Shown here in pieces: positions 55,117-64,000 of a stretch of 64,000 nucleotides of DNA (positions within the stretch are counted from its first letter, which is position 1; each line of letters starts with the position of its first letter). Both the position numbers and the translations under genes were made by a program. A model generated the notes under the pieces. The model was not told where the DNA came from. It searched no databases and saw only the letters and a list, made by a program, of their open reading frames with translations. Source of the DNA: Nitrospira sp. LK70 (GTDB taxonomy: Bacteria; Nitrospirota; Nitrospiria; Nitrospirales; Nitrospiraceae); assembly GCA_011090425.1 (NCBI GenBank), contig PHGD01000002.1, forward strand, positions 2,643 through 66,642, in the 5' to 3' direction.

Positions 55117-56373
55117 ATGCTTTACCATTTTAAAGCTGTAGTACGTCTGGTAAATTATCCTTTACCATGGCTCACTTACTGTGGGGACATATCTATATAT
55201 AAGGATCACTTCGCCGGCACCCTGCGCCAGGAACCGGGGGACCGGACGTCCTTTACCTACCATGACAGCTACCTGTCCTCAGGTCAGCCGTCCATAGCCC
55301 ACACCCTTCCTCTTCAGGCAGCGCCATTCCTCTCAGAGTCCGGCCTGCCACCCTTCTTTGACAATCTGGTCGCCGAAGGCTGGCTGGAAGAAGCACAGAC
55401 GCGCCTGCTGGCCAAGCGCCGGGCCTCGCGCTTCGAACTGCTGCTGGCCTTCGGTCAGGACTGCGCGGGCGCCGTCTCCATGATCGATCCGGAACCGCAG
55501 GAGCGCGGCATCATCAAACCCGATAATCCTATGGACATGGCGGTCATGGCAGGGCGGGCATCGCTCTCGGGTATCCAGCCCAAGCTGGCCCTGATCAAGC
55601 AGGATAGAACATTCCGTCCGGCGCGCGCGCGCGAATTGAGCACGCATATCGGAAAGTTTCCATCGCCGCGCCATGAGGATCTGACCGCCAATGAATGCCT
55701 GACGACCATGGCGCTCAAGGCCCTGCTACCCGACGACAAGATTGTTGATCTGCACATGGGAACAATAGAGGGCTTGACCGAGCAGGCGCTCATCATCACG
55801 CGTTTTGACCGGACGGCGGACGGGCAACGGATCCATTTTGAGGAGTTTAACCAGCTGCTGGGTTACCCTTCCGACGCCAAATATGGCGGAAGCCACACAA
55901 GCATGGCGGATTTTATCCGCGAGACACCAGGTTGCTTGCCCGCTGAAATCTATAGGCTCTACCTGCGGATTCTGGCCGGACTCCTGCTCGGCAATACCGA
56001 CATGCATCTGAAGAACTTTGCCATGTTCCATACGGATGCCGGCATGCGGTTATCACCCGCTTACGACGCCGTATCCGCGGCTTTATACGGGGACAAGACC
56101 ATTGCCTTGTCGATCGGCGGCACTCCCAATATTCCGATAGGAAATTTGAAGCCGCAAACGCTCATCCACCTGGGACAGGAGTTCGGCTTATCCACGGACG
56201 CCGTGGCGATGGCTGCCGGTCAGCTCGAACGACGCAGGCAGGCAGCCAGGGAAGCCATGGCGAAGAGCAAGATCGGCAGCCAGTCATTAAAAGATGAAAT
56301 CCTCACGCACATGGACAGACGATGGAACGGAACCTTCGCCTTGATTGGCAAGACCTTGTCGAAGAAGCGGTAA
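55117..56373 (+). CDS. hipA: HipA-family serine/threonine kinase toxin
   Basis: SLSGIQPKLAL, LLGNTDMHLKNFAMFH and an N-terminal coupling-domain pattern (FTYHDSYL). The start is uncertain. Confidence 0.85.
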   Translation: MLYHFKAVVRLVNYPLPWLTYCGDISIYKDHFAGTLRQEPGDRTSFTYHDSYLSSGQPSIAHTLPLQAAPFLSESGLPPFFDNLVAEGWLEEAQTRLLAKRRASRFELLLAFGQDCAGAVSMIDPEPQERGIIKPDNPMDMAVMAGRASLSGIQPKLALIKQDRTFRPARARELSTHIGKFPSPRHEDLTANECLTTMALKALLPDDKIVDLHMGTIEGLTEQALIITRFDRTADGQRIHFEEFNQLLGYPSDAKYGGSHTSMADFIRETPGCLPAEIYRLYLRILAGLLLGNTDMHLKNFAMFHTDAGMRLSPAYDAVSAALYGDKTIALSIGGTPNIPIGNLKPQTLIHLGQEFGLSTDAVAMAAGQLERRRQAAREAMAKSKIGSQSLKDEILTHMDRRWNGTFALIGKTLSKKR

Positions 56374-56522
56374 AGCGTCGCAAGGAACAGAAACTAAGCC
56401 AGAAGAAGCTGGCCGTGCTTGCCGGCGTCAGCGGGCCGACAGTCAACGACTTCGAGCAGCAACGGACGACCATCACGTTGGAATCCGCCCTGAAAATCCT
56501 CAGATGCCTGGGGATGGCATAA
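56322..56522 (+). CDS. XRE-family HTH protein (candidate HipB-like partner encoded downstream)
   Basis: LSQKKLAVLAGVSGPTVNDFEQQRTTITLESALKILRCLG. Overlaps the hipA 3' end by 52 nt. Confidence 0.6.
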   Translation: MERNLRLDWQDLVEEAVKRRKEQKLSQKKLAVLAGVSGPTVNDFEQQRTTITLESALKILRCLGMA

Positions 56523-57199
56523 AGGAAGCCGTTCCGGGTTGTGCTGGAGCCGCTTCATCGGTGGTCAACGGGCAAGTCGGGCGGACGCGTACCCGGCTGA
56601 TGTTTTCACGCGTCCCCAGGGCATTCCGGCGAGCAGGCTCCCTCCTTTCGTCCGGATAAGATTCTGCGACACGGTTTAAAACAGGACGCAACGTTCTTTC
56701 TCGCTGCGGCGCTCCAGTTCATAGGCTGACATCCGTTTCATGTCATCCTCCACTGTTTCAGACTGCGACTGCCGCGGCCTTTCAGGCCGCCCGTCCAAGC
56801 AGCATTGTCTCGAAGCCGTCTCTGCCTTCTGGTCCCGTGACGCCCCACCGCCACCCGGCTGCCGCTTCGGCCATAGCTCCAAGGAAGATTGTCTCGAATG
56901 GGCGGTACCCGCCGCGAAGCAGCGTGCCGAGGATGAATGCTTCATGAAGCTCATGTGCGCAGCGACGCTCGATGACGTCTCACCACGTCCGGCAATCGAT
57001 CATGTTTCCGGTGTTGCACCGGCGGACGTAACCCGCCCCGGCATGACCGCGCGACGCCCGCCACCTATCGGTCGTGGCATGCGGCTCGCTTTCCGTCCCA
57101 CCGGCAACGCCCGCCTTCTCCTCTCCTTTTTCCTTCGGGGTGATTTTGCTCCTGAACTCTCCGCGACGGAGCAACACCACCTTCAAAAAGGAGAAGAAG

Positions 57200-57652
57200 A
57201 TGCAACACCGGAACACATATATTCCCCGCTTCAGGATCTCGCTCGTCCGCGAAACCCGCGGAACCTACACGGAGCAAAAGCTTTCATCCTCGGCGGACGC
57301 CGACCGGCTCCTACGGCCCCTCCTGCATAATCTCGACCGGGAACATTTCATCGTCATCGGGTTGGATGCGAAGAATGCCGTCATCGGCATGAATACCGTC
57401 TCGATCGGATCCCTCAATATGGCGATCGTCCACCCGCGCGAGGTATGCAAGCCCCTTATCCTCATGAATGCCGCCGGTTTCATCTGCGCCCACAACCACC
57501 CCTCCGGCGACGCGACGCCAAGCCTGGAGGACCGGCAGCTCACGACCCGTCTGAAGCAGGCCGCCGACATCATCGGTATCAGAATGCTCGACCACGTCAT
57601 CATCGGCGAATCCGGCCTTTACAGCTTCGCCGACAACGGGTGCCTGTCATGA
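57200..57652 (+). CDS. radC: second RadC-like JAB-domain protein
   Basis: HPREVCKPLI...AHNHPSGDATPSLEDRQLTTRL...GIRMLDHVI. AAAGGAG RBS. Confidence 0.85.
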   Translation: MQHRNTYIPRFRISLVRETRGTYTEQKLSSSADADRLLRPLLHNLDREHFIVIGLDAKNAVIGMNTVSIGSLNMAIVHPREVCKPLILMNAAGFICAHNHPSGDATPSLEDRQLTTRLKQAADIIGIRMLDHVIIGESGLYSFADNGCLS

Positions 57653-57765
57653 TCGAATACAAAAATTCATAAAGCGGATGGATCGAGCCATAGCGATGCC
57701 TCTCAACGAAGAAAGAGTTTTTCGTGAGGGCAAGGCGGCTCGCACCAACCTGTCGCCGTAATCCC

Positions 57766-58227
57766 CTATTTCTTGCGGGATTGATCGATAAACTGAACAG
57801 TCGTAAACCGCGCGGAAAGCCAACTGGCCCACTTTGCCGCCTTCCGCATGACACCCCTTCGGTATCGAGCATTGTGTGAGGGGGTGCGCGAATGGTAATT
57901 GGCCACGCGTGTCCAGAGGTCCCCTCGATCATGGAGGATATGGGATCGTAATCGCCATGCGGCCAATTCGTAGGGATAGCAGCCGGCTTGCTCAACATCC
58001 GCTGCCGTAATGCCGTAAGGCTTTAAGTGGTGCAGATAGGACGTGTTGAACTGCATGGGGCCGATATCATAAGTACCGTTGGTGTTTCTTATCCATTGTC
58101 CCGGCTTGCCCCCTTCTTTCTCCGCCACTGCCAGCACGATATTGGCCGGGACTTCGTACTTCACCGCCGCCACGATCGAGCAGACGATCCGTTCCTGGTC
58201 CTGAGGTGGAAGATCTGCAGCAATCAT
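57766..58227 (-). CDS. trbN: lytic transglycosylase TrbN (VirB1-like)
   Basis: ANIVLAVAEKEGGKPGQWIRNTNGTYDIGPMQFN. I prefer ATG 58227 (GAGG RBS) to the GTG at 58323, which overlaps trbM. Confidence 0.75.
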   Translation of the reverse strand: MIAADLPPQDQERIVCSIVAAVKYEVPANIVLAVAEKEGGKPGQWIRNTNGTYDIGPMQFNTSYLHHLKPYGITAADVEQAGCYPYELAAWRLRSHILHDRGDLWTRVANYHSRTPSHNARYRRGVMRKAAKWASWLSARFTTVQFIDQSRKK

Positions 58228-58235
58228 GGCTGGCC

Positions 58236-58580
58236 TCAGCGCACCAGCGGACAGGCCGCTAAGAATGCAGGACCGCCGCCAAACATCTGCGCCGCATGGT
58301 ATTTGGCTAACGACGAGGCGCACTCGGCGGGAGCGGACCCAATCGCGGAGAGACAGAGCATGGCTTCGCAGGCGTCACGAGCCATACCGGTGAGCAGCGA
58401 CAAGGCTCTGCTGTTTTGGCTCATCCCAGGAAGCACAGGGGATGCTGCTGATGACGCTGGTGCGCTCGACATAGCCGGTGCCGGAGCACCTGGACTCTCT
58501 GCGTGGACTGACGGGGTGCTGAGAGAGAAGAACAAAAGACCGAGACCCAATACGAACAGGCGTGGGGACTGAATGGTCAT
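58236..58580 (-). CDS. trbM: TrbM-like conjugal transfer protein
   Basis: Signal peptide plus the Cys motif CEAMLCLSAIGSAPAECASSL. Sits between trbL and trbN, as in RP4. Confidence 0.6.
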   Translation of the reverse strand: MTIQSPRLFVLGLGLLFFSLSTPSVHAESPGAPAPAMSSAPASSAASPVLPGMSQNSRALSLLTGMARDACEAMLCLSAIGSAPAECASSLAKYHAAQMFGGGPAFLAACPLVR

Positions 58581-59995
58581 GCTTTTCCTCCTTTCGGCCA
58601 GGTGAAGGGCTCTTTTCGATCACGAAACGTGGCAATTTCTTCTTTCGGATCAAATGCCGTGTCATCGGTCTTGCCCTTCGACAGGCTCTCGCCGCCAAAT
58701 GTGGGTTCTGGCGACGACGTTGACGTGTCCGAGTTGCTTTTGGTGACACTGGCATAGGATCGACCGGTGAATTGTGGGCCTGGGCCCACACCATCCATGG
58801 CCGCCGCTAAGGGCATGTTTCCGCTTGGACTTCCTTTTGGAGGAGTACTCGTTGGGCTCCCACTCGGCCCACTTCCACTTGGTCCACCACTCGGGCCGGT
58901 GATCATAGTTGTTGGGGGAGGCGCACTCCCACTTCCGTTCGACACCGCTTGCATCAGCGCGTGAGACCCGGCCGCTCCACCCGCCACTCCTGCCCGCGCC
59001 ATGTTTGCCACAAGTCCGACCCCCGCTGCCATGGCCGCTGCTGTGCCGACGGCTGATACTAACGATACTCCCGAGCCCAGTGCCCCCACCCCGCCACCCA
59101 TCGCCAGACCACCCAGCAAGGGTGGGATCTTGTTCACGAGCCCCAGCAGCACAATCGCCGCAACCATCAACACTGCCATTTCCTTGACGCTCACTTGGCT
59201 GCTCATATTCGCGTAATACAGATTGATGAATGAGAAGCCAATGCCCACCACCAAGACCATCCCCGCCAGTTGTGCGCCGAGCGAAAGGACCGTGCGGTAA
59301 TAGTTAATCGCCATATCGGAGGTCCATCGGGACCCGCCGAATCCCAGAAAGAAGATTCCGGCGTAGGCCAAGATCCATCCACTCACCAACAGCACCAACA
59401 TGTTGATGGCGATGAGGGCCACCACAATGAGAATGATGAGGCACACGACAACACCAACCGCACTATCGACCGGCTGCCAGACCGACGATTGCGTCATGAC
59501 CCGATCGAGCAATTGAAACCCAATATCCGCCAGCGTGGACGGATAGACACTCGGACCCAACCCGCTGGCACTCCCCGCGAGTTGGCGCATCGAATTGATG
59601 ATCTGCATCGCGAAGGTCGGACCATTCGTCAGCAGCCACCAGAAGAACCCCGTCATCAACGTAAAGGACAGGAACTCCCCAAGAAACTCCCCGATCTCCG
59701 CACGGCGAAGCGCCAACTGCCCCATCGTCCAGACTAAGGAGATCGTTGCGAGCGTCCAAAAGAGCCAGGAGGCTCGCGCGGTAATATAGGCTGCCCAGCC
59801 TGTCGCGCTGGTCTGAAAACTTTGGAGGGCAGTATCGAGGAGACCTGAGGAATTGATGGCTGCCTGGGTTTCACCGGGCCAGCACAATAAGGCGAGCACC
59901 GCGCCTATTATTGTGTGCTGCACAAGGCACGATAACCAGTGCCCTCTGGTCACGTACCAAGGCGTATCTCGGGTGGATATTCGGAACGTCCTCAT
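58577..59995 (-). CDS. trbL: TrbL/VirB6-family inner-membrane protein
   Basis: Multiple TM segments and a Gly/Pro/Ser-rich tail. ATG 59995 overlaps the trbK stop (ATGA). Confidence 0.85.
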   Translation of the reverse strand: MRTFRISTRDTPWYVTRGHWLSCLVQHTIIGAVLALLCWPGETQAAINSSGLLDTALQSFQTSATGWAAYITARASWLFWTLATISLVWTMGQLALRRAEIGEFLGEFLSFTLMTGFFWWLLTNGPTFAMQIINSMRQLAGSASGLGPSVYPSTLADIGFQLLDRVMTQSSVWQPVDSAVGVVVCLIILIVVALIAINMLVLLVSGWILAYAGIFFLGFGGSRWTSDMAINYYRTVLSLGAQLAGMVLVVGIGFSFINLYYANMSSQVSVKEMAVLMVAAIVLLGLVNKIPPLLGGLAMGGGVGALGSGVSLVSAVGTAAAMAAGVGLVANMARAGVAGGAAGSHALMQAVSNGSGSAPPPTTMITGPSGGPSGSGPSGSPTSTPPKGSPSGNMPLAAAMDGVGPGPQFTGRSYASVTKSNSDTSTSSPEPTFGGESLSKGKTDDTAFDPKEEIATFRDRKEPFTWPKGGKA

Positions 59996-60234
59996 TTTCC
60001 CCTGAAGATATCGCTCACCGCTTGTTGCGCATTGACGCAATTCGGCATCGAGGCGAGTTGGCCCGGGTTGTTATGACATTTCGTGACCATCGCCGTCCGT
60101 TCCGCCTCGTGACTCTTGTACCACTCGACTGTTTGCACAGGATCGAGTGCCTCCTGCGTACACCCGCTCAACCCAATAGCTCCGCTCACGACCACGCGGA
60201 AGACAATGGGATAAAAATTCCAGCCAAAACCCAT
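59992..60234 (-). CDS. trbK: entry-exclusion lipoprotein (TrbK/EexN-like)
   Basis: Lipobox GLSGC, then TVEWYKSHEAERTAMVTKCHNNPGQLASMPNCVNAQQA. Confidence 0.6.
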   Translation of the reverse strand: MGFGWNFYPIVFRVVVSGAIGLSGCTQEALDPVQTVEWYKSHEAERTAMVTKCHNNPGQLASMPNCVNAQQAVSDIFRGK

Positions 60235-60292
60235 TCGGTGTTGGGAACACGTGCTCACAATCATAGAAGCTCCATGTCGTTCTCGTTGGGAG

Positions 60293-61057
60293 TCACCACG
60301 CGCGCCGGAGGCTTGGTTGAAACGTACCCTGACGAAACGTTCGACTCGCGGCCAGCTGCATCGCCTCTCGATCCGCCTGGGCTTGCTGGCGGGTCGCGTC
60401 CATGTTCTGTTGCGCCAAGAGCGCAGCCCGAATCTGCATCAACTGATTCGCTCCCTCACTCGTCAGCATGTTGTTGTGTTGCATGACATCAGCTTGCCCA
60501 TTCGACGATTGAGCGGCCAGTTGGAGCCGCTTCAAGCGTCGCGAATCAAGATTCAGCGTGTCGTACTGGCGTTCCAATCCTCGGAACAGGGCCTCGATCG
60601 ATTTCTTTTGCGATTGCGCCCCGATGACTTCGTTCTCCAAGATCAGACCCCACTGACTTGGGGAACAGCCCGGCTCTTTAAAGCACTGCGCATTGCGATA
60701 CCATGCCATGTCATGGAAATTTCCGGTAAAGCCAGCCACCGTCCCATACAGCTGTCTGTAGAATGATACGGTATCGATCATGTACCGCAGATCGTTCATG
60801 GTTTCTTGCGCGTTGTCCCAGATGAACAGGCCGGGGTTCATCGTGTTTTGCAACATGTTCACATATTGCTGCAGCTGCAGCCGGTATTGCTCGATTTGCT
60901 TCAGTTGCTGAGCCATGTTCGAGATCGCCCCCGTCATCGACGGGGCCAGCACGGCGCCGTCGAAGGTGGGAATGCCGCTGCCATAGCTCGGTGTCCACGG
61001 AGCCAGGAACACGACTGATAAGACGAGCCCTGCAAGACGAGGTGTGGTGGTCGTCAT
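60293..61057 (-). CDS. trbJ: P-type TrbJ (VirB5-like)
   Basis: Signal peptide, then GIPTFDGAVLAPSMTGAISNMAQQLKQIEQYRLQLQQYVNMLQNT. Confidence 0.8.
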   Translation of the reverse strand: MTTTTPRLAGLVLSVVFLAPWTPSYGSGIPTFDGAVLAPSMTGAISNMAQQLKQIEQYRLQLQQYVNMLQNTMNPGLFIWDNAQETMNDLRYMIDTVSFYRQLYGTVAGFTGNFHDMAWYRNAQCFKEPGCSPSQWGLILENEVIGAQSQKKSIEALFRGLERQYDTLNLDSRRLKRLQLAAQSSNGQADVMQHNNMLTSEGANQLMQIRAALLAQQNMDATRQQAQADREAMQLAASRTFRQGTFQPSLRRAW

Positions 61058-62559
61058 GGCGTCTCCTTTCCTGCGAAATCGAACTCTTGGTACGGTTTGG
61101 GCAACACGAGGTCTTTTACCACTACGACGTTGAACCGATACCCAGGACGAATCGTCAACTCGGGCGCGATGCTCAGATTCTTTGCGATGAGCTGCGCCGT
61201 GACTTGTCCTAATTGCTGACCGAGGGCTTGGCTCATGGCAGTCCCGGCATTGTATTGCGGAATGCCGACTTGACCGGGAATGCCTGCCCCTTGCGCTTGT
61301 TGCTGACTGAACGTAACACCGGCCGTGACTGCAGACATCAGCAGGGCGGATCCGAACAGCCTCACATAATGATTATTGACGAGATCGGTGAGGCCGGATG
61401 CCCCCGAACCCGTAGCTCCTGGCATGGAGCCTAGATCGAGCGTTTTTCCGTCCGGATACCCTAAGCGTTGCCAGGCCACCAGCAAGGCTTTCTGCCCGTA
61501 TCCGACCTCACTGGAATAGGTTCCAATGAGTTTGGTGCCCTGTGGGATCAGGAGTTGTGTCTTCGTGGGCGTGTCGTACACGTTTTGCGACACTTGCGCG
61601 ATGATCTGACCCGGCAACGAAGAATCAATTTCAGACAGCATGAGCGCCGGGAGCACATCACCGGCTTGAATCACAAATGGCGCACGAGGCGGGAGCTGTG
61701 TGCCGTCATGCTTCCATCGATCTCCTCCCGCCGGGTTTGCTGAACTCGTGGTCCCACTGAGAGCGCTGAGTTTGGCCGTGGATGACGACTCCGATCCTCC
61801 ATCAAAGGGGCCGAGCATCCCGGCTTGGCGCAATTGCGTGAGTTGCGCCTGATACGCTTTCGTGGGGTCGTCACTCCGCGCCGCATCAGCCACCTGTTGT
61901 TTGACTTCGGCTAGGCGATTGCGCTGGTCGCTGGACGACACTGACTCCGGCTTACTCTCGATGGTCGGCGCGGGTTTCTCGCTCCGCACCAGGGAAAAAG
62001 TGACGGTGGAGGGCGCTTTCAGCGCGTCCTGCAGCTGTTGGATCTTGGCGAGTCGGAGTGCCTCCCGTTCCTCACTCGATGGTGTTTTCGAGAGAGGTTT
62101 ACCGGTGACGAGCTGTAACCCTCCGGCTCGATTTGGCATCGGTGGCGCATCGAGATCGTCAGGCCGTGCGATCAAGATATCAGCTTTGACTTGTCCATCC
62201 GCGTCGAGACTCCCCGTCCCGACCATCGGGGTCTCTGCCTGATCGAATTCTTTGCGAACCGGTGGTTTTGCGGATGCGGGCGGGATTACGCCTCCCAGAT
62301 GCGATCCTGCGATCCGATTCGCCAGTGCCAGCGTGCCCCCGCCTTTGGCCTGCTGAGGCGGCCCTGTGGTCGCTTTCAACAGCTGCGCTTGTTGCTGAGC
62401 CCGATCACTCGCCACCATCGCCACCACAAGGGCGACCACTGCGATCAACCCGATCACAAGATAGAGCGGAATGTGATTGGCGCGACGGACTCCGGCTCCG
62501 GGTGCGAGTGACCCCGGCGACCCCTCAGGGGACATCTGCGGATTGGCCGAGTGACTCAC
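61054..62559 (-). CDS. trbI: TrbI/VirB10-family protein
   Basis: N-terminal TM segment, a Pro-rich region, and a C-terminal VirB10 core (IQAGDVLPALMLSEIDSSLPGQIIAQV...LLVAWQRLGYPDGKTLDL). Confidence 0.88.
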   Translation of the reverse strand: MSHSANPQMSPEGSPGSLAPGAGVRRANHIPLYLVIGLIAVVALVVAMVASDRAQQQAQLLKATTGPPQQAKGGGTLALANRIAGSHLGGVIPPASAKPPVRKEFDQAETPMVGTGSLDADGQVKADILIARPDDLDAPPMPNRAGGLQLVTGKPLSKTPSSEEREALRLAKIQQLQDALKAPSTVTFSLVRSEKPAPTIESKPESVSSSDQRNRLAEVKQQVADAARSDDPTKAYQAQLTQLRQAGMLGPFDGGSESSSTAKLSALSGTTSSANPAGGDRWKHDGTQLPPRAPFVIQAGDVLPALMLSEIDSSLPGQIIAQVSQNVYDTPTKTQLLIPQGTKLIGTYSSEVGYGQKALLVAWQRLGYPDGKTLDLGSMPGATGSGASGLTDLVNNHYVRLFGSALLMSAVTAGVTFSQQQAQGAGIPGQVGIPQYNAGTAMSQALGQQLGQVTAQLIAKNLSIAPELTIRPGYRFNVVVVKDLVLPKPYQEFDFAGKETP

Positions 62560-62562
62560 GCC

Positions 62563-63048
62563 CTACTCCTTCCGCACCCAGGCCCCGGCCTGTGCGATCA
62601 CCTGGTCATCCATATGATAGGCTCGGCTTAACGACTGCGACCCGATAAAGACGGTGACACGATACAGGCGAGGCTCGAACGGACCATCGATCACATAGCC
62701 AAACGACAAGCCTTCTGTGTGGCTCACGGCCGACTGGACTGGTCCTGGCATGTCCTCTCGTGTGGTAAGGGTCGCTCGCCTGTTCACGCGATGCTCCATC
62801 ACTCCATACCCTTTCCGCCGTAACGCCTCGATCAGTGCGACGCCGTAGGGGTCTGTGGCGGCATGGGTGAACACGAGGCGGGTGAGGGCTGGAGGGTACA
62901 ATGCTGCCATCCGCGTAACCGTGTCCTGGGCCAGCCGTTCCGGCATCTGAGGCGGCACGCCTCCTTTCACCAGATAGCCATAGGGCGACGGACTGAAGCA
63001 GCCAGTGAACAGGAGTCCGACCCCAAGCATGAGAGACAACCGTCGCAT
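62563..63048 (-). CDS. trbH: TrbH lipoprotein
   Basis: Lipobox LLFTGC. Sits between trbG and trbI, as in RP4. Confidence 0.65.
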   Translation of the reverse strand: MRRLSLMLGVGLLFTGCFSPSPYGYLVKGGVPPQMPERLAQDTVTRMAALYPPALTRLVFTHAATDPYGVALIEALRRKGYGVMEHRVNRRATLTTREDMPGPVQSAVSHTEGLSFGYVIDGPFEPRLYRVTVFIGSQSLSRAYHMDDQVIAQAGAWVRKE

Positions 63049-63050
63049 CG

Positions 63051-63929
63051 TTATTTCCTCCGTTGGATCGTCACCCGGTCTTGATTCGATCCAACTCCTG
63101 CCACCAACACCGCTTTCTCAAAGACGGTATCGACAATATACCGCCGATCCTGCAGACTGTAGTTCACCATCACTTCCTCGGCATCGCTGAACAGCCCGCC
63201 CTCTTTCCGGACGACCAAGAGGATTGGCGCTTCGGTCTGCGCGATCGACGGCGGCATTTCAATGACGGTCCGTGCCCCATCGTTATAGACCCGCACGGGC
63301 TTCCATGCGGCGTGACCGGCCACGTCATACTCGAACGACAGCTTGGGCAGATAGTCACTGGTCTGCGGAATCGTCTTCTCCTTGATCTCCCGTTGTTGAC
63401 GCGCTTTCAGCATGTCGAACTTCACCGCCGAGTCCTCGGGATAGCTAAACGCGACTTGCGGCATGTAGCGCGTCTTATGGGACCGCAGCCGCAGATAATA
63501 GGCGCGGCGATTGGTCGCGACGACCAAGGACGTTTCCAAGCCGATTTCACGCGGTTTGATGATCACATGCTGGACTTCGTCGGCTCCGCTCCCGGTCAGC
63601 GCCGGCTCGATCGACCACCGGACGTTGTCACCGACATTGACCGAGTTCACCTGTTCGCCCGGTTGCAAGGCGACATCGCAGACATGCAACGGCGCACAGA
63701 CGATGCTGATCTGGTTCACGCCGTACGGAAACGTGATGAATCCATTGGCCCCCGCGACCGGCGCACTTCCGGCTATCGTGCCTTGTTCGCCATAGGCGAG
63801 TCCCGCTTGTTCTTGCGGCGTGAGGGCCGGATTGGAGCCGGTCAGCACCTCCTCGACGCTCGGGTCACTCCCGGCCGAGGCGCGAAGTGGCAGCAGCGCG
63901 AGCACCAGACACAGGACGATGTTTCTCAT
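63051..63929 (-). CDS. trbG: TrbG/VirB9-family protein
   Basis: Signal peptide and VirB9-like core. ATG 63929 (GAGGA RBS) is preferred to the GTG at 63941. Confidence 0.88.
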   Translation of the reverse strand: MRNIVLCLVLALLPLRASAGSDPSVEEVLTGSNPALTPQEQAGLAYGEQGTIAGSAPVAGANGFITFPYGVNQISIVCAPLHVCDVALQPGEQVNSVNVGDNVRWSIEPALTGSGADEVQHVIIKPREIGLETSLVVATNRRAYYLRLRSHKTRYMPQVAFSYPEDSAVKFDMLKARQQREIKEKTIPQTSDYLPKLSFEYDVAGHAAWKPVRVYNDGARTVIEMPPSIAQTEAPILLVVRKEGGLFSDAEEVMVNYSLQDRRYIVDTVFEKAVLVAGVGSNQDRVTIQRRK

Positions 63930-63944
63930 TCGGTTCCTCACTCC

Positions 63945-64000
63945 TCACAGTTGTTTGGACCAGGAGAAATCACGAACATAGATCGAGAGCGGGTTGCGCC
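63945..64000 (-). CDS. trbF: 3' end of trbF (partial; runs off the window)
   Basis: The reverse frame reads ...RNPLSIYVRDFSWSKQL*. Its position upstream of trbG matches RP4 gene order. Confidence 0.45.
   Translation of the reverse strand, partial: RNPLSIYVRDFSWSKQL

Noticed and set aside
56676-57330. ORFs 56740-57330 (+) and 56676-56954 (-) before radC-2
   Set aside because: Their composition is implausible (Cys/Arg/Pro-rich), and the + ORF runs into radC-2 in another frame. I treat the region as regulatory or decayed.

Overview
The window reads as a large piece of an IncP-1 (RP4)-like conjugative plasmid backbone interrupted by accessory islands.

Backbone, in order:
- A replication/partition block (wHTH ORF, palindrome cluster, HTH gene, parA, parB, iterons, rep-like gene).
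- A leading region in which every gene is on the + strand (TIGR02391-like gene, unknown gene, klcA/ardB, radC, small ORFs, DUF4942, higBA).
- An RP4-ordered Tra1 core: traM-traL-traK | oriT | traJ-traI-traG-traF. The nick-region core matches RP4 oriT as I remember it.
- At the right end, the Tra2 mating-pair-formation genes trbF (partial) through trbN on the - strand.

Accessory content between them:
- A toxin-antitoxin island: a second higBA, a Gp49-like toxin with XRE antitoxin, and brnTA. Two of these three toxin genes are disrupted (higB2 by a frameshift, the Gp49-like gene by a stop codon). The blocks are separated by fragments of a tyrosine-recombinase 3' end.
- A fossil second Tra1 module: a 5'-truncated, frameshifted traI plus intact traG2 and traF2.
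- About 12 kb of cargo: a Cache histidine kinase, an unusual REC-REC-HTH-HTH regulator, a DAACS transporter, an astacin-like lipoprotein protease, a frameshifted lipoprotein glutaminase and a 7-blade FG-GAP protein. Five promoter-proximal TAAAGG-N5-CCTTTA boxes tie these genes together.
- An intact tyrosine recombinase and vapBC.
- A nucleic-acid-enzyme island: an SNF2 helicase with a 17-unit 15-residue repeat tail; an OLD-family ATPase/Toprim nuclease directly upstream of sbcD-sbcC; and a TM0106-type RecB/Cas4-like nuclease.
- HU, hipA with a downstream HTH gene, and a second radC.

I see no rRNA, complete tRNA, CRISPR array or transposase.

The most novel-looking items are the OLD-SbcD-SbcC cassette, the SNF2 repeat tail, the five-box regulon with its tandem-HTH regulator, the TIGR02391-like/unknown gene pair, and the structured GC-rich spacers of the leading region.

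All family assignments come from motif recognition by eye. No searches or folding were run.
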